Source: Thermodesulfobacteriota bacterium (GTDB lineage Bacteria > Desulfobacterota_D > UBA1144 > Nemesobacterales > UBA2774). Taken from it: a stretch of 64,000 nt of DNA. The translations under genes were made by a program, and so were the position numbers. The DNA is taken from contig OZ244197.1 in assembly GCA_965216785.1 (NCBI GenBank), positions 1,376,001-1,440,000 of the forward strand. Direction: 5' to 3'. The notes beneath the pieces were generated by a model, which did no database searches, was not told where the DNA came from, and saw nothing but the letters and a program-made list of their open reading frames with translations. Positions within the stretch are counted from its first letter, which is position 1, and the number at the start of each line of letters is the position of its first letter. Of the stretch, positions 28,477-39,053 are shown in pieces.

Positions 28477-29826
28477 TTACATCAGGTTGTAGTAGTCAAG
28501 ACCCAGGTGGGTTATCAGCTCTTCGCCCTTTAGGTAGCGGAGAGTATTCTTGAGCTTCATGAGCTGAATAAATACATCGTGCTCGGGGTAAAGCCCCTCG
28601 CCGTACATCGGGCTCTTGAAGTAGAAAGAAAGCCACTCCTGTATGCCGTCTAGCCCAGCCCTTTGGGCCAAGTCCAGAAACAGCACAAGGTCGAGCACAA
28701 TCGGAGCCGCCAGGATGCTGTCGCGGCAAAGGAAGTTCACTTTTATCTGCATCGGGTAGTTAAGCCAGCCGAATATGTCGATGTTGTCCCAGGCTTCCTT
28801 TGCGTCCCCTCTCGGAGGATAGTAATTAATCCTCACCTTGTGGTAAACGTCCGAGTACAGATCGGGATGAAGGTCAGGCTGGAACAGATGCTCCAGCACG
28901 CTGAGCTTGCTCTCTTCCTTTGTTTTGAAGGAATAGGGGTCGTCCAGTACCTCGCCGTCTCTGTTGCCTAGGATGTTTGTTGAGAACCAGCCGCTAAGCC
29001 CTATCATTCTGCTCTTGAGCCCGGGGGCCAGTATGGTTTTCATCAGTGTCTGACCGGTTTTGAAGTCCTTTCCGGCCAGAGGAACGTTATTCTTTTTCGC
29101 AAGCTTTATGAGCGCGGGTACGTCCGCTGAGAGGTTCGGCGCTCCGTTCGCGTAGGGTACGCCGCACTTGATAGCCGCATAGGCGTAAATCATGCTGGGC
29201 GGTATGCCGGGGTGGTTATTCTTAAGTCCGTCTTCAAATGACTTAACGGAAGAGTGAACGGATTCACCTTGTATATATACTTCAGTGCTCCCGCACCATA
29301 CCATTACCAGGCGCTCTACTCCGCTTTCTTTTTTGAAATTTTTAATGTCTTCGATCAGTGCTTTGGCAAGGTCCATTTTGGTCTTGCCTTTCTTTAAGTG
29401 TTTACCGTCTAGGTTCTTTACATATTTCCTGCTGAAAACAGCGGGCATGGGGCTTGTTTGTGTAAGCGTATCCCTGAGATCTTCCACAAGCTCTTTATCG
29501 AGCACTCCCGCCTTTAAACATGCCTCATAACAGTTGTCTTTAAATATGTCCCAACCCGCAAACACCAGATCATCTAATTCAGCGAGCTTTATAAATTCCT
29601 TAATTAGCGGGGATTTCTTTTCGGTTCTCTTGCCGAGCCTGATCCTGCCCATCTGGGTAAGTGATCCCACGGGTTTCCCCAAGCCCTTCTTTATAGCCTC
29701 TACACCTGCGATAAACGTAGTGCTTACGGCTCCGCTCATTCCGGGGAGAAGCACACCCAGCTTGCCTTTAGCAGGCGCAATTTTCTTTTTCTTAGTACTT
29801 ATGGACTTCTTTTTAGTTGTAGCCAA
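28477..29826 (-). CDS. ino1: Myo-inositol-1-phosphate synthase
   Basis: GAVSTT..AG, G.DFKTGQT, WFSTNILGNRDG, CRDSILAAP..LDL. TTG start. Confidence 0.93.
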   Translation of the reverse strand: MATTKKKSISTKKKKIAPAKGKLGVLLPGMSGAVSTTFIAGVEAIKKGLGKPVGSLTQMGRIRLGKRTEKKSPLIKEFIKLAELDDLVFAGWDIFKDNCYEACLKAGVLDKELVEDLRDTLTQTSPMPAVFSRKYVKNLDGKHLKKGKTKMDLAKALIEDIKNFKKESGVERLVMVWCGSTEVYIQGESVHSSVKSFEDGLKNNHPGIPPSMIYAYAAIKCGVPYANGAPNLSADVPALIKLAKKNNVPLAGKDFKTGQTLMKTILAPGLKSRMIGLSGWFSTNILGNRDGEVLDDPYSFKTKEESKLSVLEHLFQPDLHPDLYSDVYHKVRINYYPPRGDAKEAWDNIDIFGWLNYPMQIKVNFLCRDSILAAPIVLDLVLFLDLAQRAGLDGIQEWLSFYFKSPMYGEGLYPEHDVFIQLMKLKNTLRYLKGEELITHLGLDYYNLM

Positions 29827-29834
29827 TGTGGTGA

Positions 29835-30227
29835 TTACCTCTTTGAGAACTGCTGTCCGCGTCTCGCTTTTCTGAGTCCGTATTTCTTTCTTTCTACCAT
29901 CCTCGGATCTCTTTTCAGCTGACCTGCGGATTTAAGAGGTTGCCTGTTAGACTCGTCCGCTTTTAGGAGCGCTCTGGCAATGCCGTGCCTTACCGCGCCG
30001 GCCTGTCCCGTAAGCCCTCCGCCCTTGACGTCGACCAGTACGTTGAACTTACCTTTGGTCTGCGTTGTATCCAGCGGCTCGAGCGCGTGCACTCTCCAGC
30101 TGTCGCGTGGAAAGTACTCTTCGGGAGTGCGTTTGTTTATGGTTATCTTGCCGTCTCCTTCGCGGAGCCATACACGGGCAATGGATGTTTTTCTTCTTCC
30201 TGTACCGTAGTGGTTAACTTCAGCCAT
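29835..30227 (-). CDS. rpsI: 30S ribosomal protein S9
   Basis: [34 protein letters not shown]...QFSKR. Confidence 0.98.
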   Translation of the reverse strand: MAEVNHYGTGRRKTSIARVWLREGDGKITINKRTPEEYFPRDSWRVHALEPLDTTQTKGKFNVLVDVKGGGLTGQAGAVRHGIARALLKADESNRQPLKSAGQLKRDPRMVERKKYGLRKARRGQQFSKR

Positions 30228-30235
30228 ATTATCTA

Positions 30236-30664
30236 TTATACCTCCAGTATCTCAGGCTGCTGGGGAGCATGTGGGTGCTCGCCCCCTGCGTATACTTTCA
30301 AGCGTTGAATTAGTTTGTCCTGCCATTTGTTTTTGGGAAGCATTCCCCAAACGGCTTTCTTTAGTATTTCCTCTGGTTGTTTCTCAAGCAGCTTCTCTGC
30401 CGTTATATCTTTAATCCCACCAGGATGATTGCTGTGGCTGTAATATGTCTTCTGACTCCACTTATCTCCTGTGAATACTACTTTTTCGGCATTGACTACT
30501 ATAACGAAGTCCCCTAAGTCCGCGTGCGGTGTAAACTCGGGCTTTTCCTTTCCTCTCAGAATCGTTGCGATCCTGGTAGCAATGCGCCCGACTGTTTTTC
30601 CGTCTGCGTCAATCAGGTACCATTTTTTATCGAAATCCTGGCTTCTAGCCATGTAACTCTTCAT
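30236..30664 (-). CDS. rplM: 50S ribosomal protein L13
   Basis: W..IDA....GR.A..IA..LRGK.KP.FTPH.D.GD, GMLPKN, HPH..Q.P. Confidence 0.98.
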   Translation of the reverse strand: MKSYMARSQDFDKKWYLIDADGKTVGRIATRIATILRGKEKPEFTPHADLGDFVIVVNAEKVVFTGDKWSQKTYYSHSNHPGGIKDITAEKLLEKQPEEILKKAVWGMLPKNKWQDKLIQRLKVYAGGEHPHAPQQPEILEV

Positions 30665-30850
30665 TTTCTGCCTCTTATTCTTGGAAGTAAACCATTCAAT
30701 TTACCGTCTTAGCAGGGATTGTCAAGCTTTTTTAATAATAATGCAAAGCAGTTTTGCCATATTATCCGCTTAATTGGTCTCGGGTCCGAATAATGATATA
30801 ATCTTGCGGTAATTTAATCAATAAACCTATCTTAATAATGGAATCGTACT

Positions 30851-32317
30851 ATGTCTTCAGATTGGAAAATCGCATTTAAAGACAAGCTGCTCGCCATACT
30901 CGGCGCTAAGGGAGTGATATTCGCGGATGACGAGCTCATAGCTTACGAGTGCGACGCCCTCACGGGCCATAGAGTAAAACCCGTTTTCGTAGTGCTCCCT
31001 GAAACCGCGGAGCAAGTCTCCCGCGTGGTCAGGGAATGTTACGAGCACAACGTCCCTTACGTCCCTAGGGGGGCCGGTACAGGGCTTTCTGGCGGGGCTC
31101 TCCCGACAGAGGAAGGCATTGTAATCTCGCTTTCACGCATGAATAAGATAGTTGAAGTCGATATCCCAAATGAGCGAGTCGTAGTCGAGCCGGGCGTAGT
31201 TAACCTCTCTGTAACGGATGCCGTAAGCACTGAGGGCTATTACTATGCGCCGGATCCTTCGAGCCAGATAGTGTGCACCATCGGAGGGAACGTAGCCGAG
31301 AACTCAGGAGGGGTGCACTGTCTTAAATACGGCGTCACCTCAAACCACGTGCTCGGGCTAGAGGTAGTGCTTCCCGACGGAGAGATAGTCGAGCTGGGGG
31401 GTAAGAGCGCGGATCACCCGGGGTATGATCTCATCGGGCTTGTGGTCGGCTCTGAAGGGCTTCTCGGCATTGTAACCAAGGTAGTCCTCAAAATAGTACG
31501 TAAACCCGAGACGGTGAAGACTCTATTCGCTACTTTTGACAGGATCGAAGACGCGGGCGCTTCTGTTTCAGGGATTACCGCAAGGGGCGTTATCCCAGCC
31601 GGAATGGAGATTATGGATAACCTCTGTATACGCTCGGTGGAGGAGGCAATTGGCTGTGGTTACCCGGTGGACGCGGGCGCAATATTACTTGTAGAGCTCG
31701 ACGGGCCTGAGGCCGAGGTCACGGCGCAGATGCCCATCGTGCAGAGCGTACTTAAAGAGCACAACGCTAAAGAGATTAAAATTGCCAGGGATTCAAATGA
31801 GAGAGACCTTTTTTGGAAGGGTAGAAAGAACGCCTTTCCCGCTATGGGCCGCATAAGCTCTGATTACTACGTACAGGACGGAGTTATCCCAAGGAGTAAG
31901 CTTGCGGAGGTGCTGGGCAGGGTAGGTGAGCTGAGCAAAAAGTACGGGCTCAGGGTGGCAAACGTGTTCCACGCGGGAGACGGCAACCTCCACCCGCTTG
32001 TTCTGTATGACGGGAATATAGAGGACGAGTACCATAAAGCGCTTGAGCTTGCTGGGGATATCCTTACCGTCTGTGTCGATTCGGGGGGCAGTATCACGGG
32101 CGAGCACGGCGTCGGTCACGATAAAAAAAGATTCCTGTCTCTCATGTTTGATGAGAGTGATCTCGACACGATGAACCTACTCAGGTGCTCGTTTGATGTG
32201 AAGGGCCTATGCAACCCGGGCAAGGTTTTCCCGACCCCCAGAACATGCGTAGAGCCCGGAATGAAGCCTTACAAGGAGCACCCGTTACAAAAAAAGGGTC
32301 TTGGTGAGATGTATTGA
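30851..32317 (+). CDS. glcD: Glycolate oxidase FAD subunit
   Basis: PRGAGTGLSGG, YAPDPSS, GGVHCLKYG, FHAGDGNLHP, GEHGVG. Confidence 0.93.
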   Translation: MSSDWKIAFKDKLLAILGAKGVIFADDELIAYECDALTGHRVKPVFVVLPETAEQVSRVVRECYEHNVPYVPRGAGTGLSGGALPTEEGIVISLSRMNKIVEVDIPNERVVVEPGVVNLSVTDAVSTEGYYYAPDPSSQIVCTIGGNVAENSGGVHCLKYGVTSNHVLGLEVVLPDGEIVELGGKSADHPGYDLIGLVVGSEGLLGIVTKVVLKIVRKPETVKTLFATFDRIEDAGASVSGITARGVIPAGMEIMDNLCIRSVEEAIGCGYPVDAGAILLVELDGPEAEVTAQMPIVQSVLKEHNAKEIKIARDSNERDLFWKGRKNAFPAMGRISSDYYVQDGVIPRSKLAEVLGRVGELSKKYGLRVANVFHAGDGNLHPLVLYDGNIEDEYHKALELAGDILTVCVDSGGSITGEHGVGHDKKRFLSLMFDESDLDTMNLLRCSFDVKGLCNPGKVFPTPRTCVEPGMKPYKEHPLQKKGLGEMY

Positions 32318-32380
32318 TTGTCGCTAATATTGAATATTCATTTTACTTATAAACGGGGCTGGAATTAATCGTACAATCTA

Positions 32381-33712
32381 ATGGCTGAATCTAAAGGTAT
32401 AAAAGAGTTTATTTCCATTCTCGGAGCGTCCAATGTCGCTGCGGACCCGTCAGGGCTAACCGACTACTCTGTGGACGGGTTGGCCCCAAAGGCTGTTTTA
32501 TTCCCAGACAACGAAGAGCAAATTTCAGAGATTATGAAAGTCGCCTCAAAAGAATCCGTTTCGATAGCGCCTGTAGGCTCGGGTACGAAGCTGAGCCTTG
32601 GTAATGTGCCTTCAGAGCTGGACGCGCTTCTCTCTACATCTAAGCTCGACCGGGTGCTGGAGCACGAGGCGCGTGACCTGGTGGCAACGACGCAGTGCGG
32701 TGTTACGCTCGAGAGCTTTCAAAATAAGCTTGGAGAGAATAATCAGTTCCTTTCAGTTAACCCCATGCACGAAGCCTGTGGTGCTACGATCGGAGGTATT
32801 ATCGCCTCAAACTCAAGTGGCCCGCTCAGGCTCCGTTACGGCACTCTCAGAGAGCTGCTTATCGGACTAAGGGTAGTAAGAGCGGACGGCACGGTGTTTA
32901 AAGGCGGCTCCAAGGTGGTTAAAAACGTCGCGGGTTACGACCTGCCAAAGCTCTATGTGGGCTCTTTGGGTACGCTCGGGATAATCACTGAAGCCACTCT
33001 CAGGCTCTACCCGGTCCCAGAGCGAAGCGAGACGTACCTAGTGAGCTTCACAACCCTTGAAAAATGCGCCGGGACCGTGATGGAGCTTCTTAAGTCTGAC
33101 CTCGTAATGAACTCGCTTGAGCTCCTTAACCCCGCTTTGGTCGCGCAGGTCACCGAGCGCTCCGGAATAGAGCTAAAGAGGAAAAAATACGCCCTCGCTG
33201 TAAGGATAATGAATGTGGATAAAGCGGTAAGTGAGCAGATGGCGCTCGTTAAGAAAGTTTGTAATAAACACCGTGGTCAGGGCGCAGTAGTAAAGAACGG
33301 TGAAGAGCAAAAGCTGTGGGACGAGATAGTAAACTACCCCTGGAACAGGCCCGGTGAAGACCGGGTGAAGTTAAAAGCAGGGGTGTTGATTACTGCCGTA
33401 AGCGGTGTATTCACAAAGCTTGAAGAATTATCCGAGAATTTCAGTATTACCTCATACGCTTCAGCTAAGGCCGGAAATGGAATTTTAGATATTACGCTAC
33501 AAGGCGGCTCCGGGGAATTGATTTCGGTTATTCGGGCACTAAGAGAATATTGCGACTCCATCGGGGGAAGCCTCGTAATCGAAGCCGCCGCGCCAAAGCT
33601 GAAATCGCAGATCGACGTCTGGGGCGACATGGGCTCCGGGCTCTCACTGATGAAAAGGGTTAAATCTAACTTCGATCCCGCAGGCATACTAAACCCGGGC
33701 AGGTTTATCTGA
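32381..33712 (+). CDS. glcE: Glycolate oxidase FAD-binding subunit
   Basis: ATIGG....SGP.R..YG, GG.KVVKNVAGYDL.KL..GS.GTLG, K..FDP..ILNPGR. Confidence 0.9.
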   Translation: MAESKGIKEFISILGASNVAADPSGLTDYSVDGLAPKAVLFPDNEEQISEIMKVASKESVSIAPVGSGTKLSLGNVPSELDALLSTSKLDRVLEHEARDLVATTQCGVTLESFQNKLGENNQFLSVNPMHEACGATIGGIIASNSSGPLRLRYGTLRELLIGLRVVRADGTVFKGGSKVVKNVAGYDLPKLYVGSLGTLGIITEATLRLYPVPERSETYLVSFTTLEKCAGTVMELLKSDLVMNSLELLNPALVAQVTERSGIELKRKKYALAVRIMNVDKAVSEQMALVKKVCNKHRGQGAVVKNGEEQKLWDEIVNYPWNRPGEDRVKLKAGVLITAVSGVFTKLEELSENFSITSYASAKAGNGILDITLQGGSGELISVIRALREYCDSIGGSLVIEAAAPKLKSQIDVWGDMGSGLSLMKRVKSNFDPAGILNPGRFI

Positions 33713-34485
33713 TGATCCGCAGGGAAGAAAAAAACGGCTGGCTTCTCATTACCCAGCACGACCATGCCGGGCTTGCCGGGGAGATAATGGCGTATTGGGG
33801 GAATGAAAGCTTCTCCGTGCTAGAGCCCCGGGACGAGGTGCTTTTTGCCGTAGGCGAGCACGATGCGGGGTGGAGGCAGTGGGACGCGTCTCCGAAGATT
33901 GACGCGAGCTCTGGAGTTCCCGCGAATTTCTCGGAGATGGATACCTCTGATCAGTCTGTGATATGGGAGCACTGCTTCAGGGACCACGCTGCTGAGCACC
34001 AGTACGCCTCTGTTCTCATAGCGCTTCATTTCGCGAAATTCAACCAGCATAACCTCGATAGAGACCCATCGGACGAAAACGCCGGGATGTTAAAGGCTGA
34101 GCTCGGGAAGTTTATAAAAGACAAGGTGGGAGCGGAGTTAAACGGGTTTTCACTTGATGACATTCCACTGGATATAAAGGTCAATCTAAAGCTACTTCAG
34201 ATTGCCGATATAATGTCGCTAACACTATGCCACGGCTGGAAGTCTGTAGAAATAAAGGACGCGCCGCTTGATTATTCGGGAAACTGCAAAACTCTTAAGA
34301 TGGAGTCGGGAGACGGGCTCAATTACACGGTTGAGCCTTACCCCTTCAGCCAGCCGCGGTTAAACTTCAGTATACTAGGCAGGCGGCTTTTCAGCGCCTC
34401 GTTTGCAGACGACGCTGAGTACAGAAGCGCGTATGAAAACGCGGAGCTCGAAAAGCTCTATTTTAAAATAAGTAAGAAGGACTGA
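33712..34485 (+). CDS. DUF3891 family protein
   Basis: MIRRE....LITQ.DHA.LAG.....WGN, A...HD.GW..WD, D..SL..C (HD-like); translationally coupled to glcE. Confidence 0.8.
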   Translation: MIRREEKNGWLLITQHDHAGLAGEIMAYWGNESFSVLEPRDEVLFAVGEHDAGWRQWDASPKIDASSGVPANFSEMDTSDQSVIWEHCFRDHAAEHQYASVLIALHFAKFNQHNLDRDPSDENAGMLKAELGKFIKDKVGAELNGFSLDDIPLDIKVNLKLLQIADIMSLTLCHGWKSVEIKDAPLDYSGNCKTLKMESGDGLNYTVEPYPFSQPRLNFSILGRRLFSASFADDAEYRSAYENAELEKLYFKISKKD

Positions 34486-34494
34486 AGAAAGATC

Positions 34495-35802
34495 ATGGCT
34501 GATTACGAAAAGAGCTCTTTTGACGATCAGGACACACCGAGCGCCGATATTATTAAGGACTGCGTGCACTGCGGCTTCTGTCTCTCGGCGTGCCCGACGT
34601 ATTTAGAGACCGGGAACGAGCTCGATTCACCCCGCGGCAGGATCTATCTTATGAAATCAGCGCTTCACGGCGAGATACCTATAGCGGGATCACTTACAGA
34701 GCACCTGGACAGGTGCCTCGGGTGTCTTGCGTGCGAGCCCGCGTGTCCTTCCGGGGTACGCTACGGCTCTCTAATAGAGGCAGCCCGCTCACAGATCGAA
34801 AGGCGTTATGACAGAAGCGCAGGTGAAAAGCTTCACCGTCAGGTGATATTCTCCCTTTTCCCTTACCCTGGGCGCCTAAAGCTCATGCTGCCCTTTCTGT
34901 ACCTGTATCAAAAGCTCGGAATTAGCGCTCTTGTACGCTCGAGCGGTATTCTGGGAAAGCTCTCCGCTAATCTGGAGCAGATGGAGGCAATGCTCCCTCC
35001 TGTTAAATCTCCCACGGTCCCAAGGTCGCTCCCTGCAGTGATAGCTCCCAAGGGGAAGAAGCGTTACAGGGTCGCTATGCTAAGCGGCTGTGTGCAGAGC
35101 GTATTCTTCGGCGACACGAACGGAGCTACGGCCAGGGTGCTGGCCGAGAACGGCTGCGAAGTCATTGTGCCTCAAAGCCAGGGCTGCTGCGGCGCTCTCA
35201 GCATCCATTCGGGCAGGTTGTCCGAAGGGCGGGAGTTTGCCAAGACAACGATCCAGACTTTCGAAAACTTAGACGTAGATGTGATCATTGTAAACTCAGC
35301 CGGGTGCGGCTCCACGATGAAGGAGTACGGGGAGATATTAAAGGACGATCCCGGATTCGCCTCACGCGCAGAGGAACTTTGTGCTAAGACAAAGGACGTA
35401 ATGGAATTTCTCTCGGATATAGGACTTGAGGGGAAGCTGCACGAGCTGAACCTGCGCGTCACATATCAGGACGCGTGCCACCTGGGTAATGCCCAGAGGA
35501 TAAAGTCGCAACCCAGGAGTGTAATGGGACGGATTCCCGGCCTTGACCTCATTGAATTACCCGAGTCAGAGGTTTGCTGCGGGAGCGCCGGTATATATAA
35601 TCTCGTCCAGCCCGAAATGTCTCAGAGCCTACTTGAAAGGAAAATAGACAACCTCCGCACTCAGAATGTGGACTACCTGGTCGCGGGAAACCCCGGGTGC
35701 CTCCTTCAGATTAAAAAGGGGATAGATAAATACGGTTTAGGTATAAAAACCGCCCATCCTGTAGAGCTTCTCGACTGGTCTTACAGGGGTATTAGCGGAT
35801 AG
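34495..35802 (+). CDS. glcF: Glycolate oxidase iron-sulfur subunit
   Basis: CVHCGFCLSACPT, CLGCLACEPACPSGV and two CCG domains. Confidence 0.92.
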   Translation: MADYEKSSFDDQDTPSADIIKDCVHCGFCLSACPTYLETGNELDSPRGRIYLMKSALHGEIPIAGSLTEHLDRCLGCLACEPACPSGVRYGSLIEAARSQIERRYDRSAGEKLHRQVIFSLFPYPGRLKLMLPFLYLYQKLGISALVRSSGILGKLSANLEQMEAMLPPVKSPTVPRSLPAVIAPKGKKRYRVAMLSGCVQSVFFGDTNGATARVLAENGCEVIVPQSQGCCGALSIHSGRLSEGREFAKTTIQTFENLDVDVIIVNSAGCGSTMKEYGEILKDDPGFASRAEELCAKTKDVMEFLSDIGLEGKLHELNLRVTYQDACHLGNAQRIKSQPRSVMGRIPGLDLIELPESEVCCGSAGIYNLVQPEMSQSLLERKIDNLRTQNVDYLVAGNPGCLLQIKKGIDKYGLGIKTAHPVELLDWSYRGISG

Positions 35803-35805
35803 CCC

Positions 35806-36312
35806 CTACTTATTTACCTCGATCCCGCGTGATTGTATTGCCTCAAGCGTAGCGTCGAGCGGCTTATTCTCACTCACCCAGTAGTTTCCCTTGCTTTCCT
35901 TACTAAAAACAGGGTTTTGAAACTTGCACACGTCGAGATCACCGCCGCACGGAACCTCGTCAAATTTGTCCGGCACCATCTTCCCGCAAGTGAACGCGAA
36001 ATTCCCTTGGCTCATGGTTATGGCCGTCCAGTTCCCCGCGGCAAGCTCGGTTGACCAACCGGCGCTCGCGCCCGGGTCATCCTTGGGCTCGTGATTTATG
36101 TATATTGTGTCTTCTGAAATATTATGGAAGAGAAAAAGGTTCAGCACGCCCCTTGTCTCGTTGTTCAGGAATAATGCTTTGCCGCTAATTTTATAGCCCT
36201 CGGCGTTGCAGCCCTCCGGAAACCCGGCGCCATTGTCTTGAGCCTGGCAGCCACCTAACAAAAAAAGCGCAAATAACGCGAACGTTATCAAACTGTTGTT
36301 GCGGAATTTCAT
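35806..36312 (-). CDS. Lipoprotein, Legionella/Coxiella EnhB-like
   Basis: Lipobox LLGGC; FP.GC, AGWS..L..GNW, C....LDVC, GNYWVS.NKP resemble EnhB as recalled. GGAGG RBS before the ATG at 36312. Confidence 0.65.
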   Translation of the reverse strand: MKFRNNSLITFALFALFLLGGCQAQDNGAGFPEGCNAEGYKISGKALFLNNETRGVLNLFLFHNISEDTIYINHEPKDDPGASAGWSTELAAGNWTAITMSQGNFAFTCGKMVPDKFDEVPCGGDLDVCKFQNPVFSKESKGNYWVSENKPLDATLEAIQSRGIEVNK

Positions 36313-36425
36313 ATCTACCTCCTCCTTGGCCCTACTTTTTTTAGTTAACGGCGACAATTCAAATAGCTAACGGAAAACTATCGGTTATCCTTATTATATA
36401 CAATAAATAAAGGAGCGCTCAAGGG

Positions 36426-37031
36426 ATGAAATACCTTTTTATCATAGCAATAATTTCAGTTTCATTTATTACTCTTTCCTGCGATGAAACAGAGGATCTA
36501 TTTGATGATGCTACTGGGGGCACGGATTCGTTAATAGATCAGGAAATAGCCGAAGCCCAGGACTATAACCTCACTACGCCTGTTTACGGTATGCGGGTTT
36601 CTGTGAGGGACGATGTGGGTTTGGGTATTAACAATATCCTAAATATCCTCGATAACCGCGCTACGCAGTTTTTGGACTGCCAGTTCGAAGGTGGCTCAGA
36701 TCTCGGATTTGAGGACGTCATGCTCTCAAACGGAGACACCATCGGACCGCTCTCCGACCTCCGGGTTTTCGTCGTACCAAGGAGGTTTAAGTGTGAGGCC
36801 GTGGATCTTGACGTTTGCACCGGCATATATTTCTTCGGAAACGATATCATAGTAGTCTCTTCAGGTAGTTTTGGGGGGTGCCCCAATCTTGCAGTCTGGA
36901 AGCACGAGCTCGGGCACCGTTACGGTATGGAAGCAGATCACAGTAACCTTAATGAGTTCCGTGCCTGCACCGATGAGAATAATTGTTCCTTCGAAGATAT
37001 AATTGGGTTTAACGAAAAGCATATCCACTGA
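36426..37031 (+). CDS. Lipoprotein with zincin motif
   Basis: Lipobox ITLSC; HELGHRYGMEADH (HExxHxxGxxxxH). Confidence 0.7.
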   Translation: MKYLFIIAIISVSFITLSCDETEDLFDDATGGTDSLIDQEIAEAQDYNLTTPVYGMRVSVRDDVGLGINNILNILDNRATQFLDCQFEGGSDLGFEDVMLSNGDTIGPLSDLRVFVVPRRFKCEAVDLDVCTGIYFFGNDIIVVSSGSFGGCPNLAVWKHELGHRYGMEADHSNLNEFRACTDENNCSFEDIIGFNEKHIH

Positions 37032-37039
37032 TAACCGAT

Positions 37040-37630
37040 TTATTTGATCGCTTTTCCACTCTTTCTAAGCCCGAGCCATATTCCGGTATTGATTAAGAAG
37101 CAGAGCACTGTGAGCAGTCCCACAGTGTATTTAAAGAACTGTCTCGGCATTATGTAGAAAGAAAGATCGTACTGATTGTTCATCCATAAGTCGTTCTTAA
37201 ACATCAGAGGATGAAATATCTCCCTCCAGAAAGTGCCGAAAAAAGGCAGCACCAGCAGAAGAGATAAGATCAATACAGCGTTTACCAGAGCAAACCGTGA
37301 AACCCTCTTGCGCTCAAAAGTCAGAGTGAGCAGTATGAGCGCTCCAACTCCCCCAATAAGTAACTTGTCGAATATCCCCCTCACTTCCTCCAGGTGGAGC
37401 TTCTCTTTCTCTGTATAAAAGGTTTGCAGTCCACCCTGATGTCTGAAATAGGCGCTCAGCTCTGAAATTCCCTTTCGCGCTTCCTCCATTCCCACAACTT
37501 CACACCTCTTATGGTACTCGCAGTTGTACTCCATCCACACCGGGGAGTAGACGGTAAATGCCATAGGTATATAGAAAGTGATATAGAGAAGTGATACGAA
37601 AAGAAGGGCGCCCTTAATTCCTTTTATCAT
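37040..37630 (-). CDS. DUF1461/TIGR01906 (Lit-like) membrane protein
   Basis: E..HL.EVR.IF and F...FHPLMF.N.LW...MP..FF signature with the two conserved His. Confidence 0.75.
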   Translation of the reverse strand: MIKGIKGALLFVSLLYITFYIPMAFTVYSPVWMEYNCEYHKRCEVVGMEEARKGISELSAYFRHQGGLQTFYTEKEKLHLEEVRGIFDKLLIGGVGALILLTLTFERKRVSRFALVNAVLILSLLLVLPFFGTFWREIFHPLMFKNDLWMNNQYDLSFYIMPRQFFKYTVGLLTVLCFLINTGIWLGLRKSGKAIK

Positions 37631-37666
37631 GGCAAAATTGAGTATAAAGCATGGGTATAGTTCTTT

Positions 37667-38881
37667 CTATATGTCCTGATCAATATCTTTATCTGCCCGC
37701 TCGGGAAGCGAGTATCTTAGAACGAGATACCCTATTATAGCGGATAAGAACGATCCCGTCAGGATGCCGAGCCTTGCGTCTATTCCATATTCAGCTTTAT
37801 CCCCTACAAAAGCAAGTGTGCTTATGAAGAGGCTCATAGTAAAACCTATGCCGCAGAGGATAGACGCCCCGTATATGCCTTTCCAATCAATGTCATCCGG
37901 CAGCTTCGCGAGACCGAGCATCACTCCCGCCTTTGCAAACCCGAATACACCGATTTGTTTGCCCACGAAAAGACCGAGCGCTACGCCCAGGGGAATGGGC
38001 TCAAACAGCGTACCGAGCGACATGCCTTCTAGCGAGACTCCCGCGTTTGCGAAGGCGAATATAGGCATAATGGCAAACGCTATCCATGGGTGAAGAGTGT
38101 GCTCGAGATCCCTCAGAGGACAGGGTTCGCCCTCTGCGGTCCGAAGAGGTATCGAGAACGCCAGTATCACGCCTGCAAGAGTTGCATGAACACCTGACTT
38201 AAGAACGCATATCCAGAGTATTACCCCTACAATGACATATGCTGCTATGCGCTTTACGCCCATAAAGTTCATCACAGCGAGTGCCGCGATGGCTACCCCG
38301 GCTCCAATCAACGACGCAAGTGAAAGATCACCTGAGTAAAATACGGCAATAATAACGATTGCTCCCAGATCGTCGATGATCGCGAGGGTAAGCAGGAATA
38401 ACTTCAATGACACAGGGACGCGCGAGCCCAGAAGCGCCATAATCCCGAGCGCGAACGCTATGTCGGTCGCAGCCGGAATAGCCCAGCCGTCAAGCGCGTC
38501 GGGAATACTTAAATTCAGTAGCACGTAGAACAGCGCGGGAATCGCCATACCCCCCACGGCCGCTATACCGGGGAGCGCAATCTGAGAGACGCTCGATAGC
38601 TGGCCGTCCAGAATTTCTCGTTTTACCTCAAGCCCGATCAAAAGGAAAAATATCGCCATTAGACCGTCGTTTATCCAAAGCAGTAAAGGTTTTGCCAGGT
38701 GCAGCGCTCCCACGCGCACTTCAACCGGGGTATCTAGGAATAGATCGTACAGGCCCGAGAGCGGGGAGTTATTTGCTATGAGCGCAAGTACCGCAGCGCC
38801 CACAAGTATGATCCCGCTTGCGGACTCGAGCTTTAGAAACTCTCTTATTGCTTTAACAGCGCGCTTGGAAACAGCCGCCAT
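37667..38881 (-). CDS. nhaA: Na+/H+ antiporter
   Basis: [44 protein letters not shown]. Confidence 0.96.
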   Translation of the reverse strand: MAAVSKRAVKAIREFLKLESASGIILVGAAVLALIANNSPLSGLYDLFLDTPVEVRVGALHLAKPLLLWINDGLMAIFFLLIGLEVKREILDGQLSSVSQIALPGIAAVGGMAIPALFYVLLNLSIPDALDGWAIPAATDIAFALGIMALLGSRVPVSLKLFLLTLAIIDDLGAIVIIAVFYSGDLSLASLIGAGVAIAALAVMNFMGVKRIAAYVIVGVILWICVLKSGVHATLAGVILAFSIPLRTAEGEPCPLRDLEHTLHPWIAFAIMPIFAFANAGVSLEGMSLGTLFEPIPLGVALGLFVGKQIGVFGFAKAGVMLGLAKLPDDIDWKGIYGASILCGIGFTMSLFISTLAFVGDKAEYGIDARLGILTGSFLSAIIGYLVLRYSLPERADKDIDQDI

Positions 38882-39053
38882 GGTAAATTCCCCCCGAATT
38901 AAGTTGCAAGATTATACGCTAAATGCAGTAGGGAATCAAAGCGCTTTTTCCGCATATACTCCTGCATATTAAGGCCATATAGGTTTTTGATGATTGCATG
39001 ATGTTGTGTTAATATCCATTACCGACCATAGAGAATTATATGCGGAGCGAGAA

